DNA of 64,000 nt from the NCBI RefSeq assembly GCF_006345805.1, contig NC_043019.1, positions 25,977,360 to 26,041,359 on the forward strand. The letters are read 5' to 3'. This stretch comes from Octopus sinensis (taxonomy: Eukaryota). Both the position numbers and the translations under genes were made by a program. This document shows positions 25,924 through 40,000 of the stretch, piece after piece; within the stretch, counting starts at the first letter, position 1; the number at the start of each line of letters is the position of its first letter. The notes beneath the pieces are model-generated. The model saw only the letters and a list, made by a program, of their open reading frames with translations. It did not search any database and was not told the DNA's origin.

Positions 25924-26284
25924 ATAAATGAAAGAATGGAGTCGAACGACGATTTAACAAAATTCCTTTATTCTCGACATATGTTTCGAAGACTGCATAT
26001 TCTCAATTCCGAAGGAATAAAGGGTGCATTATGCCGCCTTCTCATCAGGAAAAACAAGAAACTTATGTCAGCATCATGACGAACAAAAACGTGTGGGCAG
26101 TCATCTAAAAGTTTTTGTTCATCATGATGCTGACATAGGTTCCTTGTTTTTCCTGATGAGAAGGCGGCATAATGCACCCTTTATTCCTTCGGAATTGAGA
26201 ATTAAGAATATGCAGTCTTCGAAACATATGTCGAGAATAAAGTAATTTTGTTAAATCGTCGTTCGACTCCATTCTTTCATTTAT
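25924..26284. repeat. Fold-back inverted repeat (167/174-bp arms, 20-nt loop), probable MITE
   Basis: Arms differ by 4 substitutions and a 7-nt insertion; explains the mirrored ORFs 25968-26177(-) and 26024-26245(+). Confidence 0.9.
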
Positions 26285-26300
26285 ATATATAATATATATA

Positions 26301-26349
<49 letters not shown>

Positions 26350-26576
26350 AAGTTTGTTTATTGGAGATGTTTTAAATATACAAATAAAGCTGCTATTCCA
26401 TTATGCCATCCACTGTCTAATGATGCTGACTAGGGAGCCAGTTTTGTGGGGTTGCATCAAGTTATACTGATATAATGTAGGATAAATATGACAATAATAA
26501 TAAACCTACGATGGAATTTATAAACATTTAATGCATCACAAAGCATTAAATGTTTATAAATTCCATCCTAGGATTA

Positions 26577-26648
<72 letters not shown>

Positions 26649-27281
26649 TCTTGTTTCAGTCATTGGGAAGCAAGCCATGCTTGCACCAATATCAAAGCAT
26701 ACTCTTTTACTTATTTCAGTCATTTGACTGTGGCCATGCTGGAGCACCACCTTCAGTCGAGCAACTTGACCCCAGGACTTATTCTTTGTAAGCCTAGTAC
26801 TTATTCTATCGGTGTCTTTTGCCGAACTGCTAAGTTATGGGAATGCAAACACACCACCACTGGTTGTCAAGCGATGTTGAGAGGACAAACACAGACACAC
26901 AAACATATACACATATATATATATATACATATATACGACAGGCTTCTTTCAATTTCCGTCTACCAAATCCACTCACAAGGCTTTGGTCTGCCTGAGGCTA
27001 TAGTAAAAGACACTTACCCAAGGTGCCACGCAGTGGGAATGAACCCGGAACCATGTGGTTGGTAAGCAAGTTACTTACCACACAGCCACTCCTGTCATTT
27101 AACAAGACTGTTCACTATGACTAAAACACTTCAGACAAATTAAAAAACGTTAGAGGCTTCGATTTAGATGGCTACAGCATGACCATAGCCAACTGGTTTG
27201 AAAATATATGAAAGAAGATCAGTAAAAGAAACAGGTTTCGTTTCTACAACATACAATTCTCAAAGATTATCTACAGCTTAC

Positions 27282-27382
27282 CTTGCTTGAAGATTATCTA
27301 TTTCTTTGGAATGTGAATTATCAGATTGTTGAGATTCTTGCTTCTTTAAGGCATCTGTGTGACTGGATTCCAGTTCAGTAAT
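27282..27382 (-). CDS. GOLGB1: Giantin-like exon (101 nt, phase 0-2)
   Basis: ttcacAG / GTAAGC; ITELESSHTDALKKQESQQSDNSHSKEIDNLQA. Confidence 0.85.
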
Positions 27383-28979
27383 CTGTGAATGTAAAAGAGA
27401 CAACGATTGTTTCTTATTTAGACACAAGGCCAGGAATTTCGAGGGAGGGGGGCTTTTACTTTATACAACTGATACCAGAACTTGACTGCTGGGTTTTTTG
27501 GGGGTGGGAGTGACCCAGAGAGAATAAAGGACAAAGTTGACCCTTGCTGGATTTGAACTCTGAACACACATATATATCATCATCATCATCGTTTAACGTC
27601 TGCTCTCCATGCTGGCATGGGTTGGACGGTTTGACTGAGGACTGGCGGCAAGCTGGCAGAATCATTAGCATGCCAGACGAAATGCTTAGTGGTATTTCGT
27701 CTGCTGCTACGTTCAGACTTTGCCTTTCATCCTTTCGGGGTTGATTAAATAAGTACCAATTACGCACTGGGGTCGATATAATCGACTTAATCTGTTTGTT
27801 TGTCCTCTCTGTGTTTAGCCCTTTGTGGGTAGCAAAGAAATAGGTTTGACTGAGGTCTGGCAAGCCAGTGGGCTGCACCAGGCTCCAATTTGATCTGGCA
27901 ATATTTCTACAGCTGGATGCCCTTCCTAATGCCAACCACTCTGAGAGTGTAGTGGGTGCATTTTATGTGCCACCAGCACAGGAGCCAGTCAGAGGGCACT
28001 GGCATCGACCACGTTCGGATGGTGTTAAAACAGGAAATTAGAAACTTTTTGGTATTATTTATTCACCATTACACATGTTTCATTTGGTAATGGGAATTAT
28101 AAAGGTTTAAATGTTAGATAAACATGTAAGGTGTTTCCTATTAGAAATTCATCACGCTGAATCTCCCCCAAGGACTACATTAAGGGTACACGTGTCTGTG
28201 GAGTACCTAGCCACTTGCACATTAATTTCATGAGCAATCTATTCTGTTCATCAGAACAACTGGATCCTCGCCTTCATAATTGACAGAGTGCCATGGAATA
28301 TATAGATACATATATATATGTATATAGAACGTTATGATAGATCGTTAGCTCCTACACGAATTTTTTCTCTCCTTGTTTCTCTCCTTGTTTCTTTTCTGTG
28401 TATCTTTCTGTCGAAGAGCGTAGGCTCGAAACGTAAAAGACTTGTTCTATTTCTATTCCTGAGCGCCATACTAATACATTTGTTTGTTTGTACTCCACCT
28501 ACCTTCGTCTTTTGTTTATTTTCGTAAACCTTCCCGTTATATATGCATAGGAAATAGTTATTTCTTTACTACCCACAAGGAGCTAAATACAGAGGGGACA
28601 AACAAGGACAGACAAACGGATTAAGTTGATTACATCAACCCCAGTGCGTAACTGGTACTTAATTTAAGGATGAAAGGTAAAGTCAACCTCAGCGGAATTT
28701 GAACTCAGAACGTAATGCCAGACGAAATATGGCTATGCATTTCGCCCGGTGTGCTAACGTTTCTGCCAGCTTGCCGCCTTATATGTAGGAAATAGTGGCA
28801 CAACAAAGTACTAACGTTTGCCACTATTTCTTATTTATAATTCAACCTTTACAGTGCTTATCACTGAAAAACAATGCTATTGTATTATAATAATACAAAC
28901 AGACAGATATATAAAGCCATTAGACAACGTGAAATGAAAATATCCAGCAGTATGTTGTTTAAGTAATCTGAATACTTAC

Positions 28980-29126
28980 CCTCTGTTGAAGTTTGGTCTG
29001 TTTCTCATAACTATCCTTTATTTGATGGGCTAAACTGCTTGACTCTTTCTCTTTCTCACGAAGGGCCAAAGACAAATTGCCCATTTGGACATTAAGGTAA
29101 CTGCGGTCCTCTGCTAACTGGCTCAC
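28980..29126 (-). CDS. GOLGB1: Giantin-like exon (147 nt, phase 0-0)
   Basis: tttcttAG / GTAAGT; VSQLAEDRSYLNVQMGNLSLALREKEKESSSLAHQIKDSYEKQTKLQQR. Confidence 0.87.
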
Positions 29127-29280
29127 CTAAGAAAGTAAATGGTTTTCTATTAGTTTATCAAAGTTGCATTTTGTAATTAGAATTTCAGCTTGTATTTTTC
29201 ACATTTCTAAAAATACAATTTCATTATTTTAAGGGTATAACTACTAACATTTAGCAGCACACATTTACATACATCACAAC

Positions 29281-29551
29281 CAGGGGCATGTATTCCAGGT
29301 GTGCACTACACACCCATCAAAAATGACAAATTTGTTATAAACATTAACCTTACTCGTTAATTTAATTCCAAATCTTAATGGAAAACTTTTGTTATACCCC
29401 TATTTGGTGACATTGGGTGTGATAGTACACCCAATAAAGCAACCACCATATGCCACTGGTACATGCAATGCACACACACACACACACACACAAATACAGA
29501 TATACACACCTACACTTTATACACAGTTAAATACACACACTCCAAGCCCTA

Positions 29552-29594
<43 letters not shown>

Positions 29595-29773
29595 ACCAGG
29601 GGTGTATATTCTGGGTGTGCTGCATCAAAAATGGCAAATTCATCATAAACATTAACCTTACTCATTAATTTACCCCTAAATTTTAATGGAAAACTTTTGT
29701 TATACCCCTGCTTGAAACTTGGTGGCACTGGGTGTGGAAGTACCCCCAATACAACCACCACCATACACCACTG
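29281..29773. mobile_element. Composite hAT-type element: two ~178-bp MITEs in direct orientation plus a (CA)n spacer
   Basis: Units 29281-29458 and 29597-29773, each CAGGGG...CCACTG; perfect 8-bp repeat ATCACAAC only at the outer ends. Confidence 0.7.
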
Positions 29774-30188
29774 ATCACAACACACATAGATACACTTCAC
29801 TGCACACCTAGCTTACAACATTTTGGAATCACTAATCTCGATGGAAATTAAGATCTTCCAAACCCTAACAATCCTGTTGCGAAATAGATCAAACTAGAAT
29901 AAGGTGCTTTGTTGAAGGGACAGAATTTTTGATTGTTGAGATTATCTCGCCTCCTCAAGTGAAGCCTGTCTTAATTACCATTTGTTAATTATGGTACACC
30001 TTCAAGGAGTGGAGATAATTTAAATATCATTTATCATTTCTTTCATCTTTTACTTGCTTCAGTCATTTTACTGCAGCCATACTGGGGCACTGCCCTGAAG
30101 TGTTTTAGTCGAACCACTAAGTAATGGGGATGTAAACACACCAACACCGGTTGTCAAGTGATGGTGGGGGACAAACATAGACATAAAG

Positions 30189-30266
<78 letters not shown>

Positions 30267-30531
30267 AATATATATACATATATATATATATATAATACAT
30301 ATATATATACACATATATATATATATAATACATATATATACATATATATATATATATATACATATATATATACATTATATATATATACATATATATATAT
30401 ATACATATATATTATACATATATATAAATATATATATACATACATATATATACATATATGTATATATACACATATACATATATATATATTACATACATAT
30501 ATATACATATATATATACACATATACATATA

Positions 30532-30567
<36 letters not shown>

Positions 30568-30743
30568 CACATATACATATATATATATACATACATATAT
30601 ACACATATACATATATACATACATATATACACATATACATATATATATATACATACATATATACACATATACATACATATATACACACATATATACACAT
30701 ATACATACATATATACACATATATATATATATAATATATATAC

Positions 30744-30774
<31 letters not shown>

Positions 30775-30967
30775 CATACATATATATATGACAGGGTTTT
30801 TTCAGTTTCCATGTACCAAATCCACTCCTAAACACAAAAAGAAATACAAAAATATATAACATGAAAAACAATAGCTGTGAGCAGGATTTGAAATCATGAC
30901 CATGCAGCTCATAATTCATCACCTAAACCTTACAGCCACAACAGCACAGAATGAAAGAGGTTGTTAC

Positions 30968-33900
30968 CTGCATTGCCAACTGTTGACACCTCGACTCCCT
31001 CAACTGGAGTCGGTGGTTGGCTTGGTTCAATTCCGCCTGAACACAGTTGTTTTGCTCGATACTCTTAGAAAATTGTTCCTGCAATTTCTGGTACTCTTCT
31101 TGGAACTGGTTTAGCCGGTCACCACCATTTTGGATGACCTGCAGCTGTGACTTGAGAGATTCATTCTCAAAATGAGCTTCTTTCAGTGAGCTGTTCACTT
31201 GTACCATATCCTGCTTCAACTGTGTGTTCTGGTTGGTCAGTTCCTGCACGTGATCTTCTAGTTCTTCAACTCTTTTAGTAAATGTTACTTGCTCTCGTTT
31301 CAAATGCTCCTGTTGCTCATGAGCAAAGCTTTGTTCTTTTTCCACTTGGGTCTGCATTTTGTTCCTAAGCTCTTCAAACTGCTTTGCCAAATGTGTGTTA
31401 TCCATCAATAGCTTGTTATAGCGTTCATTCACCACAGACAATTCCTCTTTGCTGGAAACCAACTCTTTATTTTGTAAAACTATTTGTTGTAACTCTGTAG
31501 TAAGCTTACTGTTTTCTTTCTTCAATCCATCTACCGACTGGCATGTGGTCTCTAAATCACGGCCTTCAGCAGTCAGTCTTTCAATTTGCTCATTCATGAT
31601 GTCCACTTCATTCTTCAAAAGAGACAAGCTTTCTTCTTTTCGACTCACTTCTAGCTCAGCCTCTTCGAGCTGTCTCTTCCAAACTTCCCTAATGCTAATT
31701 TCCTTTGTTAACCGATTTACTTCTGCTGTCAATTCTTCAATTTCTTTCATATTCTGTCTCAACATTTCTTTGTTAGCTTCCAGCTCCATTTTAACAGTTT
31801 GGAAATTTTCTTCTAAAAACATCTTTTCCTGCTCAAGTTCTTCTTCTCGTTTCTGAGATTCCCTTAACTGCTCTCCAATGGCACCAGCTTCTTGGGCTTC
31901 TCTTTTGTACAGTTCTCTTTCATTCATTTCATTCTTTATCTTTTCTGACAACATCTGATTCTCATCCTTAAAATGGATTATCTCACATACTTTAGCTTCT
32001 AATTCTTTTTCAAGATTAGACAGCCTCACTTCTAGATCCTTTTTCGCCGACTCATCTCTATCATCAGATTCCCTCTTTGTCTTTTCTAACTCTGCGACTA
32101 ACATTTCCTGTTCCTGCAACAGTTTATTTTTTGCTTCTTCAAACTGTTTCCTTAACGTCTGCACTTCCTTACGATGGGTAACAACTTCTTCTCTGGCAGC
32201 ATCCACTTGATCTTTTAAGTTATCCCGCTCTTCAGACAAACCTTGTAACTGAATTTCAACTTGACTGCAATGATCCTTAGCAATGCTGCTATTTAACATT
32301 TCTTTCTCATATTTCGAAACGCTCTCTCTCAACTTGTGGTTTTCACTCTTCAAATTATCCTGACTTTCCTTCTGTTTCTTAACAAGTTGTTGGAAGTCTT
32401 CTAGGTCTGCATAGACATTTTTACATTCCCCTTCTAAATTTGTGATTTTATTCAACAAGGTAGACTTCTCCACAGAATACTGATTGCTGGCAGTCTCCAT
32501 TTCCTGTTTCAGATTGATCCACTTATTTTCAAAATCAGATTTTTCTGCCAAGACATTTTCAATTTGTTTTGAGAGTTTATCACATTTTGACTGCAACTCA
32601 GAATTACTCTTAGACAACTTCTGATTCACTTTCTCATTTTTTTTCTTAACATTCTCAAACTCTGCCAGTTTTTCAGCAGCTTCACTCTGAGACTTTTGTC
32701 CTTGTTGATAGAATGCTGAAAGTTCTTGATATTTTAGTTTTTCAGAACCAAGGTCATTCTGGAGTTGAATAACTTTCGATTCCTCACCTGCCTTCTGTAT
32801 CTTTAGATTTTCCATTTCTTTTAAAAGATTATCATTTTTATCTTTAAAAGATTTCAGCTTCACTAATAACTTCTCACATTTTTCTGTTGCTATTTGATGT
32901 TTATTTTTTAGAGTCTCATGCTCTCGAGAAAGACTTTCAAATCTCTCTTGCACATCATGTAACTCTTTCTCTATTAGCAAACTCTCAGAGGAATTCTTAA
33001 CCTCTGACCTCTGAATAGATTCTTTCTCAATGCGAGCACTGTATAAGCTACCTTGATGTTCTTTCACTAGACTTGGTTCCAAAGGCACTTCTGCAGAATA
33101 CGTTTCGGAAGATACAGGATTACACTTCTCCTTAAGCATAGAGTTTTCTTTCTTTAATTGTTCTAGATTTTCTGAAAGCACCATTTTTTCTTTAGAAGAT
33201 TGCAAGAGATCTTCAGTAAATTTTTCAATATCTTCTTCCATTTTCGCGATATTTTCATGACTCACACTCAAACTTTCTTCCAAAGCTTTCCTCTTCGAGT
33301 CAGACTTCTGGAGTTCAGAATTTAACCGATTATTTTCATTAATAGACTCCTTCCACTCAGAAGTTAACTGTTCCTTTTCTAAACTCATCCGACTAGATTC
33401 TACCTTCAGTTTTTCATACAAAATCCTTAAATCCGGCTCAATATCAGAAGCAGCCCTTTCACTTTCTCTCTCTCTGAAATATTCTAATTGTTCTTTATAT
33501 TCCACAATTAACTGTTCCTTTTGCTGAACTTCATTTGAAACAGCTTCCAGTTGGTTTTGAATCTGTTTTAGCAGGGCACCTTTGCTGTTTATCTCTTCTT
33601 TATTTAATTGCAATTCTTCTACTGTTTGGTTATATATTTCCTTAAGCTTCTTCAGTTCTTCAACAGTATGTTGGTTCTGTTTGCTAACATCATCCAAAGC
33701 ATTTTTTAGCTCTGAAATTACAGTTTCTTTTTCAGAAATCTCATTACCAACACCAATCATTTTCTCTTCAGAAGCTTTCAGGAGCAATGATTGCTCTTCA
33801 ATACATGCATTCTTTGCATTAATTTCTGCTGACAATTCCTGCATCTTCAGGGCCATTTCTTTCAGCCGATGATCATCCTGATCCAGCAGCTTTTGTTCCC

Positions 33901-35329
33901 ATTTTGAAGCGTTTAGTTTGTAATCTTCCAACTCTTTGTTCTTGTTGGTGATTTCTTCTTGAAGAAGATGAATTGTATGGCCAGACTCGTCCAGTTGTCC
34001 ATTGAGAAATGTAATCCTGACATCTTTCTCCGTTTCTGTCTCCATTGTCTTCAAACTCTGCTCAACTTCATAAACTCTGTCTTGCAATTCTAGCATTTTG
34101 TGATTTTTCTCTTCAATGGTCGATAGAAGATCTTCCTTCTCCAAATTTTGGGACAATAATAGTTCCTGTTTCTGATTGAAGTCTGATAAAAGGATTTCCT
34201 GTTCTTGACTTAACTGTTTCAACATCTGATTCTCCTGCTGACTTTCGACCATTACATGCTTTGCCGCTTCTAAAGTAGACACCAATTTCTGCAGCAGTGA
34301 CAGTGTTGCTTTACATGGTTCTGTACCAGAACTGCTAGACTCCTCCATTCCTTTCTCAAACAGGTTTGCTCCAGCAGTGTCTTTTCCCTCCGCCTCCGCC
34401 AATTCCGGCCACTCGCTCAATACAAGAGAAACTTTCTGTTGAAAAATTGAATTCATTGAATTAATTTCTTCAAATACTTTCGCATTCATTTCTTTCATTT
34501 CATCTTTGCCAAGTTTACTCTCATTCTTTGCCTCTTGAACCTGTAATTTCAATTTCTTGGCCGTTGCTAAGACTTTCAAATATTGGTTTTCTTTATTTTG
34601 AAGCGATTTCTTTGTTGAATCGAGAGCTTCTTTCTCTTTCTGAAGAGCATCCTCCAACTCCGCTATCTTTCCTTCACTCCCTTCTTTCACGTTAAACGAA
34701 CTCGTTAATTGTTCTTCTAATTCCTGCATGTTTTCCAAAAGTGACATTATCTTTTCATCTTTTTCTTTCAATCTCCCTTGCTGCTCCTCATGCGTCTTCA
34801 TATTCTCAGCAATCTCCAAAGTCAGATGCTGCAGTTGCTGTTCTCTCACCGAAAGTTGCTCCTTCAGCAACGACACATCTTTCTTGTTTTGCTCCTCTGC
34901 GGAATCATCCTCTTGCTCTTGCTTATTCTTTCTTTCCAATAGTTCTTTCAATTCATTCACATGAGAGTCTTTCTCAACCAAACTTTTATTAAGCAAACCC
35001 AAATTCCCTTCAGCTTCTTGCAAATGAGTCGACAGTTTATTAATCTCAGCAGACTTCTCCTCAACTTGCGATGAAAGTTCCTGTATTTGCAAGTCTTTCA
35101 ACCTAGAATGTTCCTCCGTTGATCTTAATTCTATCTTAACCTGTTCCATTTCGTGTTGCACATCCTGCATAGAAGACTGCATTTCTTGGTTGGTTGTGAC
35201 TAAATCGGTCAACTTAGTCTGCAGTTCTTCGTTATATTTTTGGACTGAGGCCAACTGTTGATCAACTTGGAACTTCCCTTGCCTCACTTCATCTAATTCC
35301 AGAGATATTTTATCCAGTTCCACAGACGT
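30968..35329 (-). CDS. GOLGB1: Giantin-like giant exon (4,362 nt, 1,454 codons), continuous coiled coil
   Basis: Within the 1472-aa ORF; acceptor ttgcAG before TSVEL, donor GTAACA after QLAMQ; E/K/Q/L heptad-rich. Confidence 0.92.
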
Positions 35330-35959
35330 CTGCAATGACATTGGTTAGAAACAAGAGTTAGAGTTTTGGAAATAAGTTCACATACACACGGTCGTCTGTT
35401 TCTTTTTAAATAACAACAACAACAACATGTGAATAAATAAATAAAAACCAAGCAAACCCAAACATAACAACAATACCTATTATTATTTTTATTTCTAATT
35501 TTGAAACAAGGCAAGAAATTTTGAGGGGAGGGGCATGGTGTTTACATGAGCCCCAATGCTCAAACTTGCACTTATTTTATCAACCTTGAGAGGATGAAAG
35601 GCAGCATTTAAACTAAGAATGCAAAGAGCCAGAAGAAAATGCCCCTAAGCATTTTGTCTGACATAGGGAATGGTTCAGCCAACTTGTTGCCTTAGTAATA
35701 ATAATAATAATAATAATAATCCTTTCTGTTATAGGCACAAGGTCTGAAATTTGGGGAGGGGACTAGACAATTACATCGACTCCAGTGTTTCACTGGTACT
35801 TAGTTTGTCGATCCTGAAAGGCCGAAAGGATGCAAGGCAAAGTCAACCTCGGCAGAATTTGAACTCAGAATGTAGTGACAGGCAAAATACGACTAAGCAT
35901 TTAGCCCGGCGTGCTAACGATTCTGCCAACCTGCCACCTTATAATTAATGATGATGATG

Positions 35960-35994
<35 letters not shown>

Positions 35995-37046
35995 CCTTTC
36001 TACTATAGGCACAAGGCCTGAAATTTGGGGGCAGGGGTTAAGCTGATTGCATCGACCCCAGTTCTCAGTAGGCACTTATTTTAACAACCCCAAAAGGATG
36101 AAAAGCAAAGTTGGCCTTGATGGAATTTGAACTCAGAACACGAAGACAGACGAAATACCGCCAAGCATTTTGCCTGGCATGCTCACAATTCTGCCAGCTC
36201 ACTGCCTAAATAATAATAATAATCCTTTCTACTAGAGCCACAAGGCCTGAAATTTTGGTGGGGACAGGGGTAGTCCCTAATAAGTACCAGTGCTCAAGTC
36301 GGATAAGTTGTCGGACTAAGCATTTTGTCTGACAACTTAATGATTCTGCCAAAATATTTCTGATCAAAGCACCAAATATTTTATAGAAGGAAATATCTGG
36401 TTAATGGCATCAACTGCTTGTCTGCTACTTTAGGTTCATTGGCCTCCATAAAGATGAAAGACAAAGTAGGCCTTGGCAGGATTTGAACTCAGAACATAAT
36501 AGTCCATTCTGCTGATTCTATTATATACCACCACCACCACCACCAACACCATTACCACCACCATCACCATCACCATAAAAACAATAGTTCTTAGTGTAGG
36601 TATGAGATATGAAACAGGGGGGAAGGGCGTTAACCAACAGCATTGACCTCTAGTGCTTGGTCGGTACTTTTATGTCATTGATGAATAACAAAACCCCTAA
36701 GACCTAAAACAGAGTGAAAGAAGTACACCAAGGCCTTAACCACAACACATCATGTGGAATACTGTGAATGCAACAGAAAACAAGTAAGCAACACAAGACA
36801 CTACACACGTATGGCACACACAGAACTGTACTTTGTTATGCAGGGAAAACATACGATAAAAAAAAAATGTTGAAAAATGAATAATGATGAGGGATTTTTG
36901 CAGAATTGCACATAACCCATGCTTTTAGTAGAGGAAGGAGACGAAGGGTCTGGAGGAAATATGGAAGAAAATACATAGAAGGAATCTCCAATGCAAAGAG
37001 GGAAAGTAAAGAGCATCGAAATAACAGTGTAGTAATTAATCCTTAC

Positions 37047-40000
37047 ATGTTGAGGCGTCGGCTGAGTATCTCGTGTAGTGTCAAGGTTCTGTGTAAGGAC
37101 AGGGTGGTTGCTGCCATCCAGTTCCGAGACATTTTGGCCACTGATGGAAGACATTTCTTCTGGACATTTCACAGACAATTCCTGCTGTTTTGTCAACAAA
37201 CTCCTAAGTTTTTCAATTTCACTGCCCTGGTTGTTACAAACATTGGCTACATGAGAATAGGCAGCAGCGAAGGCAGCAAAATGTTTCTCCAGACTCTGCA
37301 AATTCTCCAGATTTGCTGTGCCGCCAGGCAGCTTATTTACCAAACCGTCTGTGACATCGTCATGGCATTCCTCTTCTTCCTCACTCTCTTCCATTATGGT
37401 TTCCAATGTGGAACCATGGACATCTTTCACATAAGTCAAAAGACCAGAGATTCTACTTTCAAGAGCATCTAAAGAGTTTTTCACCCTCTTTGTCTCTTCC
37501 GAATGACTGACGGCTGTGCTGTGGCTATCATCACAAGCATTCTGTAGTCTAGCAACTTCTTTGACAAGTTTCTTACGCTCAGAAGACAGAGCTTCCATAG
37601 TTTCACTCATTTTCTGAATGGCTTCTTCTTTAGACAAAACTACAACATTCAACTCTGATACAATGTCCAGGAACCTAGCATTGTCAGCATCATGAGACAG
37701 TGCCAGGTCTTTCAAATATCCCCGAAGCCAGTTTAAAAAATTCACACCTGTCTGTGTATCTGAATCATCCAACGGGCACATTTCAGACTTTGATTTCACC
37801 AAGTCAACCTGTTCTTCTGTCGATGTAGAATGTTCCAGATAGTTGCTATTGTTGACAATTTTTTTTAAATCTTCTAAAACAGCCTCGTATGATTTTGGAT
37901 TAGCTTTCAAGCTTTTTTCTTTGATATCGTTTTGGATTTCTTTGAGACAGCTCATGAAAGATCCAAAAACTATGAAAATCTCTTGTTGGTACCTTTGGTA
38001 CTGACTCAAGAAATGGCTTAACTTTTCTAAAGCTTCTGCAGTTTTAAAACTTTTTTGTTGACATTCATCTAAACTTTGAAATAGTCCTGAACCCAATTCT
38101 TCAAAGAGTTGCTTGAAATGATTCTGTAAAGAATCTGCTTCAGGTTTGTGGAACTGATTTTGTGAAACCAGTTCCAAAATCTCTTTTACCAATAATGAAA
38201 ATGATTCTTGAATTGTTTTACAGCAGTTTCTTGTAGCACAAAGCTCTTCATTCCTCGCAGATAATGTCATCTGAAGCTGTTTAATTCCATCTTCCGAAGA
38301 CAACTGTTTACTATCAGCAGCAGAGTTTAGTTCCAATATCTCAGCAGTTTTAACATCTAAACCATCCTTCAGTTCGGTCACTAAAATTTCAAAGTCATTA
38401 ATCTTTATTTCTTTTTCTTTCAGTTGTTCATCCAGCCTCACAGCCTTTGAGTTCACCATCTCCAACTGCTTCTTCAGGGCTTCTATCTCAGCATTATTTT
38501 GATGACAAGATTTCTTTAACTTTACACACATTTGCTTCAAGCGTTCATTTTTATTGCATAAATCTCTAACTTCATTTCTTGCCACCGATTCATCCCCTTT
38601 AGGTTCGTTTTCAACTTCCGTATCCTTCACATTCGGGGTCTCATCCAAATATCTTTCCTTAGCTGGTTCTTTCTCAGCAGTTTTAATTTCAGAAAAAGAA
38701 GATTTCCAATTTCCAATTTTAGTTAACACTTCTGACATTTCAGTTTTAATATTTTCAACCTTAATTGCAATTAACTCGGCATTTTCACTGACTTTTTCAT
38801 TAACTTCAGCTTCGTTTGACTCTTCATTAAGACTTACTTCAGGCGACAATATTCCACTCAAACTTTTACAAATATCATTTCTCCAAAACATTTTCAGTTC
38901 TTCAAAATGTTTAGAATAAGCTTCTGTCTTGGACCGCAATTCCATGAGCTCATCTCGCAAACACATCTCAGATGCACAAGAATCCGACGTACCATATGAT
39001 TTTTCACTCAAAGTTGGAGAACTAACTCTTAGAATTTCACTTCTCACCGATTCCACACTTCCATATTTGGAAGCTGACATACTAGAAAGACACTTTTCAG
39101 TAGTTTTTTTGGTCAAAGATGACTTTCTCTTTACATCTTCTGGGTTCTTGTTGACTTTTTTATCTCCAATTTCTTGACTTTTTGTTCGGCGCTTAAGTAA
39201 GGGTGTATTTTTTTCAGTTTTTGGTTTTGTCCCTGGCACCTGCTTTTTCAGTCGTTCTTTATCGATTTTCATTTGACTTATTTTACTTTCCATATCCATA
39301 ACCTTTTGGGATAAAACCTGTTTGTCCCTCAACACTTTTTCAAGACGGCTTTCTATATCATGACATTTTTGATGTTCCCGTAACACTTGTTCCAGATGGT
39401 TCTTCACTTTATCCCGTTCTTGACAAGTCGACACCAGTTCCATATCCACTTTAGCCAACTGCTCAGCAACAAGATCTTTTTCCACCAATTTCTTCTTCAG
39501 ATCTTCTTCCAATTTCCTGATGGTAATCCTCAAGAGCTCCACCTCATCCATCTGAAACTCCAACATTTCCTTCTCCTTCAGCACTTCAATTAACCTAGTC
39601 TCCAACTCCTCTTTCTCTTCTACCAATCTACTATTTTTCTCCAGCTTGACTTTCTCTTCATCAAATTCAACCAAATTATCTTCATTTAACACAGAATCTG
39701 TAAGTCTGGGATCACCAATAAATTGATCTTTTCTTTTTATCAACTCCAACACCTGATCCTGAGAAGATCCTTCTAAAGCCTGTACAAACGCCTTCAGGCC
39801 TTGCGATTCTTTGCCTAAACAAACAACTCTGTCAAACAAGACATTCAGTGACACTTCGAGAATATCTTCTTCCCTCAGGTTTTCCTTATTAACTGTGGCT
39901 GGAAGAGTAACATTGATTCCAGTCTGTTGGCATTTTGCAAAGAAATTCAAAATAGTTTTTTGCATAGGTGCTGTATTGTGTGAAATTTCCTCAGGTAGAC

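Noticed and set aside
28405-28445. Hammerhead ribozyme in the Penelope-like repeat (GAAGAGCGTAGGCTCGAAACGT)
   Set aside because: GAAA and a short stem are present, but the core reads UCGAAGA/UUGAAGA instead of CUGANGA and I could not form a conserved stem I in the three copies; a covariance-model search would be needed.
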